Assembly: GCA_964365955.1 (NCBI GenBank) | Contig: CAYISA010000001.1 | Span: 18,607-82,606 of the forward strand | Reading direction: 5' to 3' | Source: an uncultured Candidatus Saccharibacteria bacterium | Lineage (GTDB): Bacteria; Patescibacteriota; Minisyncoccia; UBA6257; GWB1-50-10 | Length of the DNA: 64,000 nt | Part shown: one piece after another, positions 1-9,115 of the stretch | How the letters are laid out: each line of letters begins with the position of its first letter | Position numbering within the stretch: position 1 is the first letter of the stretch | Position numbers and translations under genes: made by a program | Notes under the pieces: model-generated | The model's input: the letters and a program-made list of their open reading frames with translations, nothing else | What the model was told of the DNA's origin: nothing | The model's database searches: none

Positions 1-1533
1 TGAATCTAAATCGGAAATCGCGGAAAATTCCACAAGCGTCCCTTCCGCAAATCGCGCGCCGCATACCGCACCGCACTCAATGCCCGTAGGACCCGAGATA
101 ATTTTCCCGGAACCCGTTCCAGTTTTAGAAACGGAAACAGAAAACATTTTTCCCGTTGTCGAGGCGACAACGGTCGAAGTTGCAACAAAAGAATTCTCTC
201 TTCTCGGCGTCCCCATGATCCCACTCGTGCCACTCCCTACATGCGTGTGCCAACTAAAATCCGTGCCCCGCTCCATCGTGCGGTAATCGGGAGATGCATT
301 TCCGGCGGGCCACGTTTTCCCACTCCCCCCATCCGCACTTACCACGTCTACCAACCGACACGTGGAATCAAAAAGTCTTAAAATTTCGTCACTATTTTTC
401 AATCCTCCCATGTAAATAAAATCGGCTGGGATGGTCGGAACCGTTTCATCGTCCGTTCGTTCCAATAGATAGAATCCGTTTGCGGAAAGAACGGAACCCT
501 CCGGAAACACCGTGCGTAAATTTCCGCTTTTGTTCACTGCCTGCCAACCGGCTAATGCTACGGCAGTCCCGCCGGGATTTTTAAGCTCAAACCATTCGTG
601 CGATGTTTTGTCGTTTGCAGTTCCCGCCCACGCCACTTCATTGATCAAAACAGAACGCGTGGGAATCCCTGTGGCATCAGCAGGGCAAAAAGCGACGTTT
701 TCAATAAGGGCAACCGCAGGCGCGAGAGAAGAAGATGTCGATATCGCCATTCTATTCGTGCTCGTGCGCGGGGTGGCATCTGCCACAACCGTATTTTCTC
801 TTCGCGGCGTTCCTCCTTCCACACGCGACGTATGCCACATAAGCATCGTGAGATTTCTTTCCATGGTCTGCTTGGTATCGTTTTCTCCCGCCGACCATGA
901 CGGATCCGCCGCAATTGCATCTTCCACCCCACAGTCTGCGTTCAAAAGGCGGAGTGTTTGATCACTATTTCTGATCGCGCCTGAAAATTCAGCGTCCACG
1001 GACATTCCCGGAAACATTGTTCCTTTTCGCGCAAGAAGAAAAAACGCGCCGGGGAGAATGCGTGTGCCACGCGGAATTGTTAAATTCAATTTTCCGTCCT
1101 CGTCCAAAACACTCCAGCCGGAAATATCGACCGGAACACCGGAACGATTCGCAAGTTCAATCCACTCGTGCCGCGCAGACGTGCGCGTACCCATCCAAGC
1201 AATTTCGCTAAAAATAACGGAATGGTTTTTCACAATATCTCCGGCTTCTGTGTCACACGAACGGTTCTGCGGTTGCGCAGAAAATGTCGGCGCGCTATTT
1301 GTTTGCCCGACAGGTTCGGTTTCTCTAAGTGCAATTTCTTCCTGCGTGCTTTTCGGGTAAAATGTTTCCTTTGCAACACGCCCAAGTGTTGCAAACGGTT
1401 CTGCAATAGACGCAAGCAATGAGGAATCAGGATTACTTCGCGCCAAACTCCCCATGCCCATACCCGCAACAAACACTAGTCCTATCCCAAGCGCAATTAC
1501 AGCCACTTTGTATTTTACAAAAAAACCGCCCAT
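1..1533 (-). CDS. secreted/membrane-anchored protein with two lamin-tail-domain (LTD)-like repeats; N-terminal part only, C-terminus runs off the window start
   Basis: Hand translation of the minus strand from ATG (complement of 1531-1533) to position 1 shows no stop. It is absent from the ORF track because there is no in-window stop. N-terminus MGGFFVKYKVAVIALGIGLVFVAG is TM/signal-like. Two LTD-like signatures are present: SVIFSEIAWMGT...HEWIELAN...LRLFNADCG and VLINEVAWAGT...HEWFELKN...LRLFDSTC. Confidence 0.6.
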   Translation of the reverse strand, partial: MGGFFVKYKVAVIALGIGLVFVAGMGMGSLARSNPDSSLLASIAEPFATLGRVAKETFYPKSTQEEIALRETEPVGQTNSAPTFSAQPQNRSCDTEAGDIVKNHSVIFSEIAWMGTRTSARHEWIELANRSGVPVDISGWSVLDEDGKLNLTIPRGTRILPGAFFLLARKGTMFPGMSVDAEFSGAIRNSDQTLRLLNADCGVEDAIAADPSWSAGENDTKQTMERNLTMLMWHTSRVEGGTPRRENTVVADATPRTSTNRMAISTSSSLAPAVALIENVAFCPADATGIPTRSVLINEVAWAGTANDKTSHEWFELKNPGGTAVALAGWQAVNKSGNLRTVFPEGSVLSANGFYLLERTDDETVPTIPADFIYMGGLKNSDEILRLFDSTCRLVDVVSADGGSGKTWPAGNASPDYRTMERGTDFSWHTHVGSGTSGIMGTPRRENSFVATSTVVASTTGKMFSVSVSKTGTGSGKIISGPTGIECGAVCGARFAEGTLVEFSAISDLDS

Positions 1534-1604
1534 TGTTTTAGGAATAGTGTAGCAACTAAAATATATTCGTCAAATAAAAAACTTCCTGGCAAAACAATAT
1601 CCTC

Positions 1605-3188
1605 TTACCTGCAAAGAACGTAAACAGTCGGAGCGTAACAAAAATAACGGATTGAGGTTAAAGTCTGTGCTGTGCAATCGAACAAGGGGGCGGTAGTCGC
1701 AAACCAACCTTCCGAATATCCAGTGTGCGACGCGAGAGTTTGATTAAAGACAGTCGCAAGACCCTGCTTCAAAAGTGACGGCTTCTCGGTAACCCATCCC
1801 GTGCAAGTCGATAAACCAACCGTATGCGACGTGCCGCAGGTCGCGAACGTGTCCGTATCGGCAGTAATAATATGACAACCACCTCCCACCGGGATAGTCG
1901 GATTCCAAGCTATAATAGTCGGCTTAATCGTGGCCGGGTTAAACATGCTCGAACTGTTGTATACTTTTGTTTCTAGACCGCTACAATCATAATCAAACGA
2001 TCCGTCACCGCGCTGGGTATAAAAATAACTTGTTTGTCCTGGTTTTGCGTTATAGTTTGAGTCATAACAATCCATAACGGGCTGGCGCGTATCAAGGGTA
2101 GCCCCGACAGGCGCGGCCGACATACGAACATGCCCTACCCATATTGGAGAAGAACTAGTATATCGCGCCAATAATGTGGAAGCGGGAGGATACCTATCAT
2201 TATCTATGTCGTCATAATAAACATACTTTTTCACGATGTTCCCCCCGCCGGAACTTTTAAGGATCGTGATAGCACTTCCTGCCTGTTTAGCCCCCGTTCC
2301 TCCCGCAAGGAGTGTGATGTTATTTCCCGGGGCATAAGCAAAAGTGGCGCCCCCCGATATGGTAATGGACTTGGCATTTAAATCCAGATCAAATCCATCA
2401 ATGCCATCAACATCAGAAACACTAGAAAGAAAACACGGTCCTGTTAGACTTCGTGGTGTTGTTGTTGTTGCGATCGTACAAACCGGGTCTGACCATGCAA
2501 GTTCCAAGTGATTCTTCCGCGCAAGCGCGTCTATCGCAAAAAATGTCGTGCGGTAGGTGGTTTTATGCGTATCATGCGCGACCCAGGATCCCTCATACAC
2601 ATACTGGCGCAAGGACTGCGCTTTTGCGGTTTCAAAAAGCGACGTCCGCTCCTCACTCGTATGTTTTGCCATCCATTCTTCTTTCGCCACCAACACGCCT
2701 TTTTCGTCAAAAAAGACGGGTTGGTCAAACTGATCCGTAACACTAACCGCTCCGGCAGATGCTAATACAAGCGGAACTTTATCTTTTCCTTTGTCGTGCC
2801 CCACTTCTGCATAGACTTCCGTAAGCGCGGCGGTGTCATTTATCACGATTCGCATCCTCTGCGTGTCGCCCGGATGAACATCTAAAGGATCTAACACGCC
2901 CGACACAAACTGCGGGTACACGTCCGCGCTGGTGATGGAGTCAAACTCCGCCTTTCCCTTCGGAATCCGCCAGCGTTCCCCTTTTATATTTACAAATTCA
3001 GCCAAAGCCACCGATGCGATGGGAGAAGATACTTCGCTCGTAGCAACGGGGGGGAGTACGGACATGGCAACTTCCCCGACGTTAAACTGGGCCTTAATAA
3101 GAAATAGAATCCCCAAAAATAGGCCGAGTAACAGACCTAAAAAAACGAGGTTCTTTTTGTTATCCATCATGGATTCATTATACACCAC
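1605..3188 (-). CDS. hypothetical secreted/membrane-anchored protein (527 aa)
   Basis: Long ORF with N-terminal hydrophobic segment LVFLGLLLGLFLGILFLI. Ser/Thr/Gly-rich and Cys-containing, no recognisable catalytic motif. Confidence 0.5.
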   Translation of the reverse strand: MVYNESMMDNKKNLVFLGLLLGLFLGILFLIKAQFNVGEVAMSVLPPVATSEVSSPIASVALAEFVNIKGERWRIPKGKAEFDSITSADVYPQFVSGVLDPLDVHPGDTQRMRIVINDTAALTEVYAEVGHDKGKDKVPLVLASAGAVSVTDQFDQPVFFDEKGVLVAKEEWMAKHTSEERTSLFETAKAQSLRQYVYEGSWVAHDTHKTTYRTTFFAIDALARKNHLELAWSDPVCTIATTTTPRSLTGPCFLSSVSDVDGIDGFDLDLNAKSITISGGATFAYAPGNNITLLAGGTGAKQAGSAITILKSSGGGNIVKKYVYYDDIDNDRYPPASTLLARYTSSSPIWVGHVRMSAAPVGATLDTRQPVMDCYDSNYNAKPGQTSYFYTQRGDGSFDYDCSGLETKVYNSSSMFNPATIKPTIIAWNPTIPVGGGCHIITADTDTFATCGTSHTVGLSTCTGWVTEKPSLLKQGLATVFNQTLASHTGYSEGWFATTAPLFDCTAQTLTSIRYFCYAPTVYVLCR

Positions 3189-3275
3189 GCGGATTTACGC
3201 GGTATGGAGAAACTTGCATTTTAAGAATAGGCGTGATATAATACAAACAGTAAACTAAACAACTGAATAATTGGA

Positions 3276-4724
3276 ATGAAAGGACTTGTTATGAAAAATC
3301 TATTGGTGGTATTGCTTATACTCTTCATCGCTGTCTCTATCGGCTTTTCCCAGTCCGTTACAAAAATCTGGGAGAAAAAACTGGAAGGGGACCCTAGTTC
3401 ACAGCCACGTGCAATTGTGGCGGACACAAATAACTGTGTCTATCTCGCGGATGAGTACTACAAAGATCAAAAATATTTGCGTATTCGCAAATTTTCACCC
3501 GCGGGTGCGAAACTCTGGGAATGGATTGACACAGCATCACCGGGCGCTAGAATCTACCCAAAATCCATTGCTTACTCCGTCAAAGATAACTCTATTATTG
3601 CCCCCACGACTACCGCGCTCAATAAATTAAGCGCGGATGGAGTACTGTTGTGGAAAATGCCTTATGCGGGAGGGGTTGCTTCCGTCTTCGGGGACACCAT
3701 CGTTACGCTTACACCAGGGAATATAAGCGGAACGGTTTCGTTTTTTGATCTGAATGGAAACTTTGTCCGAAGCTTTCAAACAGGAATGCTCACACTTGGA
3801 TTTATTGGAATTTCCTTCAGAGACAATTTCATTTGGGTCTCTGCAAATAGTCCGGACGGGATTATCTCAAACACAGCGGCGTATCTTGCTAAATTCACAA
3901 CCAGTGGAATATTGCTCTGGAGGTGGAACGCACCGGACGTAAGCATGTCATTCTCTGATGTAGATCAAGATGGGAACGCATACTTCGCACTTACACAATT
4001 TCGCATACTTCCGGAGCCCTTATGGGTGGAACTGGCGTACCGCCTTGTCGCATTGAATGCGGTAGGAGATGTTGTATGGGATCGCGAGTGGATTGAACAT
4101 CCGCGAGGGTTTGCGAATCAGTATAATTATACGCAAAGTATTGCCGTATCCAGCCATGATATTATCAACCGCCAAGTAGTTCTTTTAGGAATTACGGAGC
4201 GGAGTGATAGTTTGGCCGATGGTAACGCGCAATACTACGCGCGATGTTTCAAAGCAACAAACGGAGATTCGCTCTGGAAGTTACGCGGAGATTATGATCC
4301 TGCGTATAAAGTGTCCCAGTATGAAGCTGGCACATTCACTCCCGACGGAGATCTGGTAATCGCAGGCGATGGATTTCCTCCATCACTTGCAGTCACGTCT
4401 TACCTCCAGAAGTTCCATTCAACGACAACAGAGGTTCGTGAATTTCCAAATCTTCTTCCTATTGGGTTTTCCATTTCCCAAAACTATCCGAATCCCTTTA
4501 ACCCGACGACACACATAAGATTCGCGGTTCCGCGCGCAACACACGTGAAACTCGCGGTCTATGATATCTTGGGTCGAGAGGTAGAAATTTTGTGGGATGG
4601 AGAAAAATCTCCCGCAGTCTACGAGGCGGATTGGGACGCGACAAATTCTTCGAGCGGAATCTATTTTGCGCGGTTTACTACCCCTTCGGGAATAGAAACG
4701 CGCAAAATGATGCTACTGAAATAA
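3276..4724 (+). CDS. secreted beta-propeller-like protein with T9SS-type C-terminal sorting domain (Por_Secre_tail-like)
   Basis: Signal peptide MKNLLVVLLILFIAVSIGFSQ. C-terminus QNYPNPFNPTTHIRFAVPRATHVKLAVYDILGREVEILWDGEKSPAVYEADWDATNSSSGIYFARFTTPSGIETRKMMLLK matches the T9SS type-A CTD consensus. Strong hairpin/T-tract terminator follows. Confidence 0.7.
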   Translation: MKGLVMKNLLVVLLILFIAVSIGFSQSVTKIWEKKLEGDPSSQPRAIVADTNNCVYLADEYYKDQKYLRIRKFSPAGAKLWEWIDTASPGARIYPKSIAYSVKDNSIIAPTTTALNKLSADGVLLWKMPYAGGVASVFGDTIVTLTPGNISGTVSFFDLNGNFVRSFQTGMLTLGFIGISFRDNFIWVSANSPDGIISNTAAYLAKFTTSGILLWRWNAPDVSMSFSDVDQDGNAYFALTQFRILPEPLWVELAYRLVALNAVGDVVWDREWIEHPRGFANQYNYTQSIAVSSHDIINRQVVLLGITERSDSLADGNAQYYARCFKATNGDSLWKLRGDYDPAYKVSQYEAGTFTPDGDLVIAGDGFPPSLAVTSYLQKFHSTTTEVREFPNLLPIGFSISQNYPNPFNPTTHIRFAVPRATHVKLAVYDILGREVEILWDGEKSPAVYEADWDATNSSSGIYFARFTTPSGIETRKMMLLK

Positions 4725-4735
4725 AGTGGAAACAC

Positions 4736-4766
4736 AAACCCCTGCGGTATGCGGGGGTTTTTATTT
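4736..4766. terminator. rho-independent terminator hairpin (cccctgcggtatgcgggg + T-tract), serves convergent genes
   Basis: GC hairpin with T-run on + strand and A-run on the other side, between converging CDS 3276..4724(+) and 4765..8553(-). Confidence 0.6.
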
Positions 4767-7700
4767 ATCGTATAAGTTTATCGAGATTAAACCCTTCCAC
4801 GTCGTCGTTGCGCCGATTCCCGAGCGTTTCCGAATCAAACCGCGGAGCGGTCAGGCGATAACTTACTTCCCCTTCGGAAGAACCGTAGATTATGACGCGC
4901 ATCGTTACCGCATCTTTTTCGTACCATACGTTGCCGTCAAACGCGGGCGTTAAAAGGACCGTCATGCCATCAAAATGATTCGCCAAGTTTGTAACTTTCG
5001 AAAAGAGCCATAAATCCGACGCCTCTTCCGCATTTTTAAAATCCACGCTCGCGCTATAACGCCCGTCTTGTTTGGCCAAGCGCGCAACGCCCGACGTTTC
5101 TTCTTTCTGGCCCGTCATTGCGGCGCCATAGGTGGCGTAACGCTTTCCGCCGATCGTGTAAACCGGGTCCCATGTTCCGACGCTGATTTTGCCGGTACCG
5201 CCACCAAATACCGCTACCAACCCGGTGGTGGTTGTGCCAACACTAAGCAGAGCGGAAGGAGTAGTGGTTCCTATGCCAACCTTCCCGGCAAAATAAGACG
5301 CTGCGGTTGCAAGAGAATAGATTGCATAATTTCCGGCACCTGCACTAGGAGATCCTATTCGAATTCCTTGGTTAGATGTGTTGCCAAACGCGGAAAAAAT
5401 ACCTCCCACATTCGTTCCGCCAGCCCCCGTCCATGTGGATTCCCCCGAAAGACCCACCGCAAGACGCCCAGCGGCTGCTCCTCCACTATGAACCGCGCGA
5501 ACAGCGTACGTTTCCGCCGTGGACGCTTGGGTTCCTTCACTAAAATATGCCATAGCGAATCCTTGTGTTGAGTTTGTGCTCCCTACGGTAAACCGATAGC
5601 TGGAGGGTGATACTCCAATGCCGACATTCGCCCCGCGCACAAAAATAGCATCGGATGCCAGGTTTTGAATCACCAATGTTCCATCCAACCCCACACGGAA
5701 TTTTGTGGAGGTGGCGGTAGCCGTTCGGGAAAGACGCAGAACTTCATCGGTCGGAGAGGTACTCAAAACTTCCAACTTGGAACTGGGAGCTGCCACACCG
5801 ATACCCATATTACCGCTCGTATCAAAAATGGCGCGCAGGGTGGAGCTTGTATAAAACGCGATAGGAACGGTGATGCCGCCGCCTCGGATCTGCAGTTGCC
5901 CGGCCTGTCCATCCATACTTCCGCTACCCCCCATGGTTAGATGAGTTTGCCCCGAGCTATCCGATCCAATTGAAACTATGCCGCCGGTTACATTGTCGTC
6001 TACCGTAAAAATCCCCGTTCCGGGATTCCCCACAACCGCCAACTTCGCGGTTCCAGGAGTTGTTGCGCCCACAGCAACATTGTAAGAAGCAGATGTCGGA
6101 TTAAGATTATTCCCTGAAAGTGACCAAAAATTGGTCCCCCCAGTAGGAGCCGTCCATGTTGCAAGACCATTTGCGTCGGATGTTAATACCTTCCCCGACC
6201 CTTGCGTACCATCTACAATTTGAATCGCGTCGCCAAAAAATGCGGAACGCACCAAACCGCCGATCGGTACGGTGGTTGTGACATAAATCCCGTAGGATGT
6301 TGCCCCCGCGTTTGTTGCACGTCCTGGAGTTATAAAAAGCCCGTAAGAAACGGGAGTGCCGCTTCCCGAAAAAATTGCTTCTCCGCCCGCTACTTTCAGC
6401 CCATAGGAGTTTAGTCCTGTCGCACTATTTGAATTTGTTACGCCCAGTACTCCAGAGGTTCCGGTAATGTTGGAACTGATGGATGATGCGCCGCTTAAAA
6501 TTGTAATAGCGCCTGAAGAAATTGTTCCGATGTTTGAAAGATTGCGGCTGGTATCCATAAACTGCGTGCCGCTCATCTGAAGCGGTCCCGTAGCATTTAC
6601 GTTTCCTCCGTTTATTTGAAGTAAAGCGGTGCCCGTTACATTAGTTGCGTTTTGCCAAAAAGTAAAATAATTCGCTATTCCGGAACCTCCGATTCCGCTC
6701 GGCCACGAGTTCCGACATACTTCCCCGATACAGACGTTTGCCGCAAACGTGGAAGTGGCGCTCACGGTTAAATCTCCGGTCACATCAAGCGCCGTTGCGG
6801 GAGCGACCGCCGAGCCAATACGAACATCAGATGCAAAACGAACATCGGCGGGATAGAAAAGCACCGTGGGACCGCTTGCGGTTCCATTCGGATAAAACTG
6901 GATTGAACCGCTCTGTGTGGCGCCTCCGCTGAAACCCATGTAGAAGCGATCGCCTGCCACATCATGTTTCTGCACCCATTGTCCCAATGTCGGACTTGAG
7001 GTCGCAATCCAAAACGCACCGGTCACCCGCGCGTTTCCCGCTACATCAAGCGGATAAGCGGGATTTGTGTTCCCGTTGCCTGCCCCTATAAAACCATTTT
7101 TTAGCGTGAGGAGATCCGCACCCGCTACATTTACAACAAACGCGCTATCCGTTCCCTCTTTAAAAACCACAGGATTTGCCGCTGTGGAACGAAAAAGTCC
7201 GAACAGTGGATCAGCCCCACCCGCAACGGAAAACGGATAGAGCGGTGTTGTGGTTCCGAGTCCAATATTACTTCCACTGACTGCAAGCGGGGACGTTCCA
7301 GAAAGCGCTGTTGCACTTGTCCAGTATGGAATATAATTTGCGGTTCCGGCACCTGTCACCGTGCCATTGCCTTTATTGTTAAACGTTGTCCAATCCGTGA
7401 AAGAAAGATAACCATTCGTCGTTCCATTTGCTTGGCTGATGGAAATATTCGGAGTGGCGCCTCCGCTACTGGTGAGCGGGAGCGAAGCGGTCACACTTGT
7501 GACGCCTACTGTATCAATATCATTCGAACACACAATCGTTCCGGTAGAACTAAGAGAAGAAATTTTTTGTGTTCCGCCGCAGGTGCCGCCCAACATATTC
7601 AGCATAAGCGTACCCGAGGTCGTAATCGGTCCTCCACTCAAACCCGAACCGCTTCCAACACTTGTCACTGACCCGGCAGGCCACGAGTTCCGACATACTT

Positions 7701-8553
7701 CCCCGATACAGACGTTTGCCGCAAACGTGGAAGTGGCGCTCACGGTTAAATCTCCGGTCACATCAAGCGCCGTTGCGGGAGCGACCGCCGAGCCAATACG
7801 AACATCAGATGCAAAACGAACATCGGCGGGATAGAAAAGCACCGTGGGACCGCTTGCGGTTCCATTCGGATAAAACTGGATTGAACCGCTCTGTGTGGCG
7901 CCTCCGCTGAAACCCATGTAGAAGCGATCGCCTGCCACATCATGTTTCTGCACCCATTGTCCCAATGTCGGACTTGAGGTCGCAATCCAAAACGCACCGG
8001 TCACCCGCGCGTTTCCCGCTACATCAAGCGGATAAGCGGGAGCAACTGTGCCAATGCCGACATTATCCCGCACATAAGCACTTCCATAAACTGAAAATGG
8101 CTGTGGCAAACCCGTTTTAGAAGACGTCGCGACACCAAGCGACGCGGGAAATGCAAAATTGCCTCCACCTTGCAAAGATCCGAATACACCGGAGCTGACA
8201 TTATCGGCAGAAAGCGCGCCGGAGAACGCACCTAAAAATGAGTTTGCTTGTACGTTCCCGTTCACTTGTAATGCCTGCGCGGGAGCCACGGTACCAATGC
8301 CAACATTTCCATTCGGGAAGAAAAGAATATGCTGGTTGGATCCTCCGGAAGTTTGGAACAGGAGCTGGGATTGAGAAGAATACACCGTGCTCGTCCCAAT
8401 CTGTAACGCGCGCGTAGACGATGCAAAAAGAATTCCGCAGTTGCCAGTAGGCGGATTCCCACATGGGCCTTGGAACGTTTGTGCGTCTGCAACACCCACA
8501 AATAGTGCGATGGCGGCGATAGAAAAAAGAATGAGGGTTGGAAATTTATTCAT
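4765..8553 (-). CDS. giant secreted repeat protein (1262 aa), Gly/Thr/Ser-rich with repeated NVGIGT.AP..LDV.GN motifs (tail-fibre / beta-helix-like)
   Basis: Signal peptide MNKFPTLILFSIAAIALFVGVADAQ. Many degenerate repeats VGIGTxxPxxxLxVxG. Contains a perfect 362-bp internal duplication. Confidence 0.7.
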   Translation of the reverse strand: MNKFPTLILFSIAAIALFVGVADAQTFQGPCGNPPTGNCGILFASSTRALQIGTSTVYSSQSQLLFQTSGGSNQHILFFPNGNVGIGTVAPAQALQVNGNVQANSFLGAFSGALSADNVSSGVFGSLQGGGNFAFPASLGVATSSKTGLPQPFSVYGSAYVRDNVGIGTVAPAYPLDVAGNARVTGAFWIATSSPTLGQWVQKHDVAGDRFYMGFSGGATQSGSIQFYPNGTASGPTVLFYPADVRFASDVRIGSAVAPATALDVTGDLTVSATSTFAANVCIGEVCRNSWPAGSVTSVGSGSGLSGGPITTSGTLMLNMLGGTCGGTQKISSLSSTGTIVCSNDIDTVGVTSVTASLPLTSSGGATPNISISQANGTTNGYLSFTDWTTFNNKGNGTVTGAGTANYIPYWTSATALSGTSPLAVSGSNIGLGTTTPLYPFSVAGGADPLFGLFRSTAANPVVFKEGTDSAFVVNVAGADLLTLKNGFIGAGNGNTNPAYPLDVAGNARVTGAFWIATSSPTLGQWVQKHDVAGDRFYMGFSGGATQSGSIQFYPNGTASGPTVLFYPADVRFASDVRIGSAVAPATALDVTGDLTVSATSTFAANVCIGEVCRNSWPSGIGGSGIANYFTFWQNATNVTGTALLQINGGNVNATGPLQMSGTQFMDTSRNLSNIGTISSGAITILSGASSISSNITGTSGVLGVTNSNSATGLNSYGLKVAGGEAIFSGSGTPVSYGLFITPGRATNAGATSYGIYVTTTVPIGGLVRSAFFGDAIQIVDGTQGSGKVLTSDANGLATWTAPTGGTNFWSLSGNNLNPTSASYNVAVGATTPGTAKLAVVGNPGTGIFTVDDNVTGGIVSIGSDSSGQTHLTMGGSGSMDGQAGQLQIRGGGITVPIAFYTSSTLRAIFDTSGNMGIGVAAPSSKLEVLSTSPTDEVLRLSRTATATSTKFRVGLDGTLVIQNLASDAIFVRGANVGIGVSPSSYRFTVGSTNSTQGFAMAYFSEGTQASTAETYAVRAVHSGGAAAGRLAVGLSGESTWTGAGGTNVGGIFSAFGNTSNQGIRIGSPSAGAGNYAIYSLATAASYFAGKVGIGTTTPSALLSVGTTTTGLVAVFGGGTGKISVGTWDPVYTIGGKRYATYGAAMTGQKEETSGVARLAKQDGRYSASVDFKNAEEASDLWLFSKVTNLANHFDGMTVLLTPAFDGNVWYEKDAVTMRVIIYGSSEGEVSYRLTAPRFDSETLGNRRNDDVEGFNLDKLIR
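6701..7062. repeat. 362-bp perfect direct repeat, copy 1 (intragenic, inside CDS 4765..8553)
   Basis: Identical to 7679..8040. The six-frame track shows identical ORFs 6738..6932 / 7662..7910 and 6780..7019 / 7758..7997. Period 978 bp = 326 aa. Confidence 0.9.
7679..8040. repeat. 362-bp perfect direct repeat, copy 2
   Basis: Identical to 6701..7062. Encodes the ~120 aa segment NPAYPLDVAGNARVTGAFWIATSSPTLGQWVQKHDVAGDRFYMGFSGG...CIGEVCRNSWP twice in the protein. Confidence 0.9.
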
Positions 8554-8556
8554 GAT

Positions 8557-9102
8557 TTATGGCAACGCAACAAAAACTCCTTTTAATTGTTTCCCTGTGG
8601 GACAAAAATCGCGACACATAAAATCCGCTGTCCCCGTAAAATCAACCGTAAAACCGATAGGCTTTGTTTCGCCGGCACGCGCCGATTGATAGAGGCCAAG
8701 ATACGGCGCCGTGAAATCAAAGTCGCCACCCACCGCCGTCATGCGAATTTGCACTAAATCCCCTTTTTTTGCGGTAAGTGTTGCGGGCGCATATCCTGCG
8801 GCACTCACCGTTAAATCAAACATCTTGAGTTTTCGATCCGAATTCAGAGTAGCCGGAACTTCTACAGCCGCTTTTGAGGGTGATGCACCGAATGGAATTT
8901 CTGGTTTGAAATATTTTGGAGGCACTATGGAAACGGGCACGGGGTTAACATCGGGCACGGAAGGTACCGGCGACCTAACCATAGATTTTTGCGCGGTTAA
9001 AAACCAAATTCCCGCGACCACAATAATAACGGCGACTATTATAAGAACGATTTCTTTTTTTGACATGCGGCGATTTTTATCATTATAGCACAGGCGGAGC
9101 AT
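8557..9102 (-). CDS. membrane-anchored cupredoxin-like domain protein (putative; copper ligands not evident)
   Basis: N-terminal TM IVLIIVAVIIVVAGIWFL. C-terminal domain MFDLTVSAAGYAPATLTAKKGDLVQIRMTAVGGDFDFT...FTVDFTGTADFMCRDFCPTGK resembles a cupredoxin/EfeO-like beta-sandwich. Stop lies 4 bp from the start of the giant gene 4765..8553 (same strand, likely operon). True start may be MSKKEIV at 9066. Confidence 0.4.
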   Translation of the reverse strand: MLRLCYNDKNRRMSKKEIVLIIVAVIIVVAGIWFLTAQKSMVRSPVPSVPDVNPVPVSIVPPKYFKPEIPFGASPSKAAVEVPATLNSDRKLKMFDLTVSAAGYAPATLTAKKGDLVQIRMTAVGGDFDFTAPYLGLYQSARAGETKPIGFTVDFTGTADFMCRDFCPTGKQLKGVFVALP

Positions 9103-9115
9103 CTTAATTCCGCGG

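Noticed and set aside
6701-8040. Possible CRISPR array or transposon repeats
   Set aside because: Only two copies, 362 bp long, inside one continuous reading frame. No short regular repeat-spacer pattern anywhere in the window.
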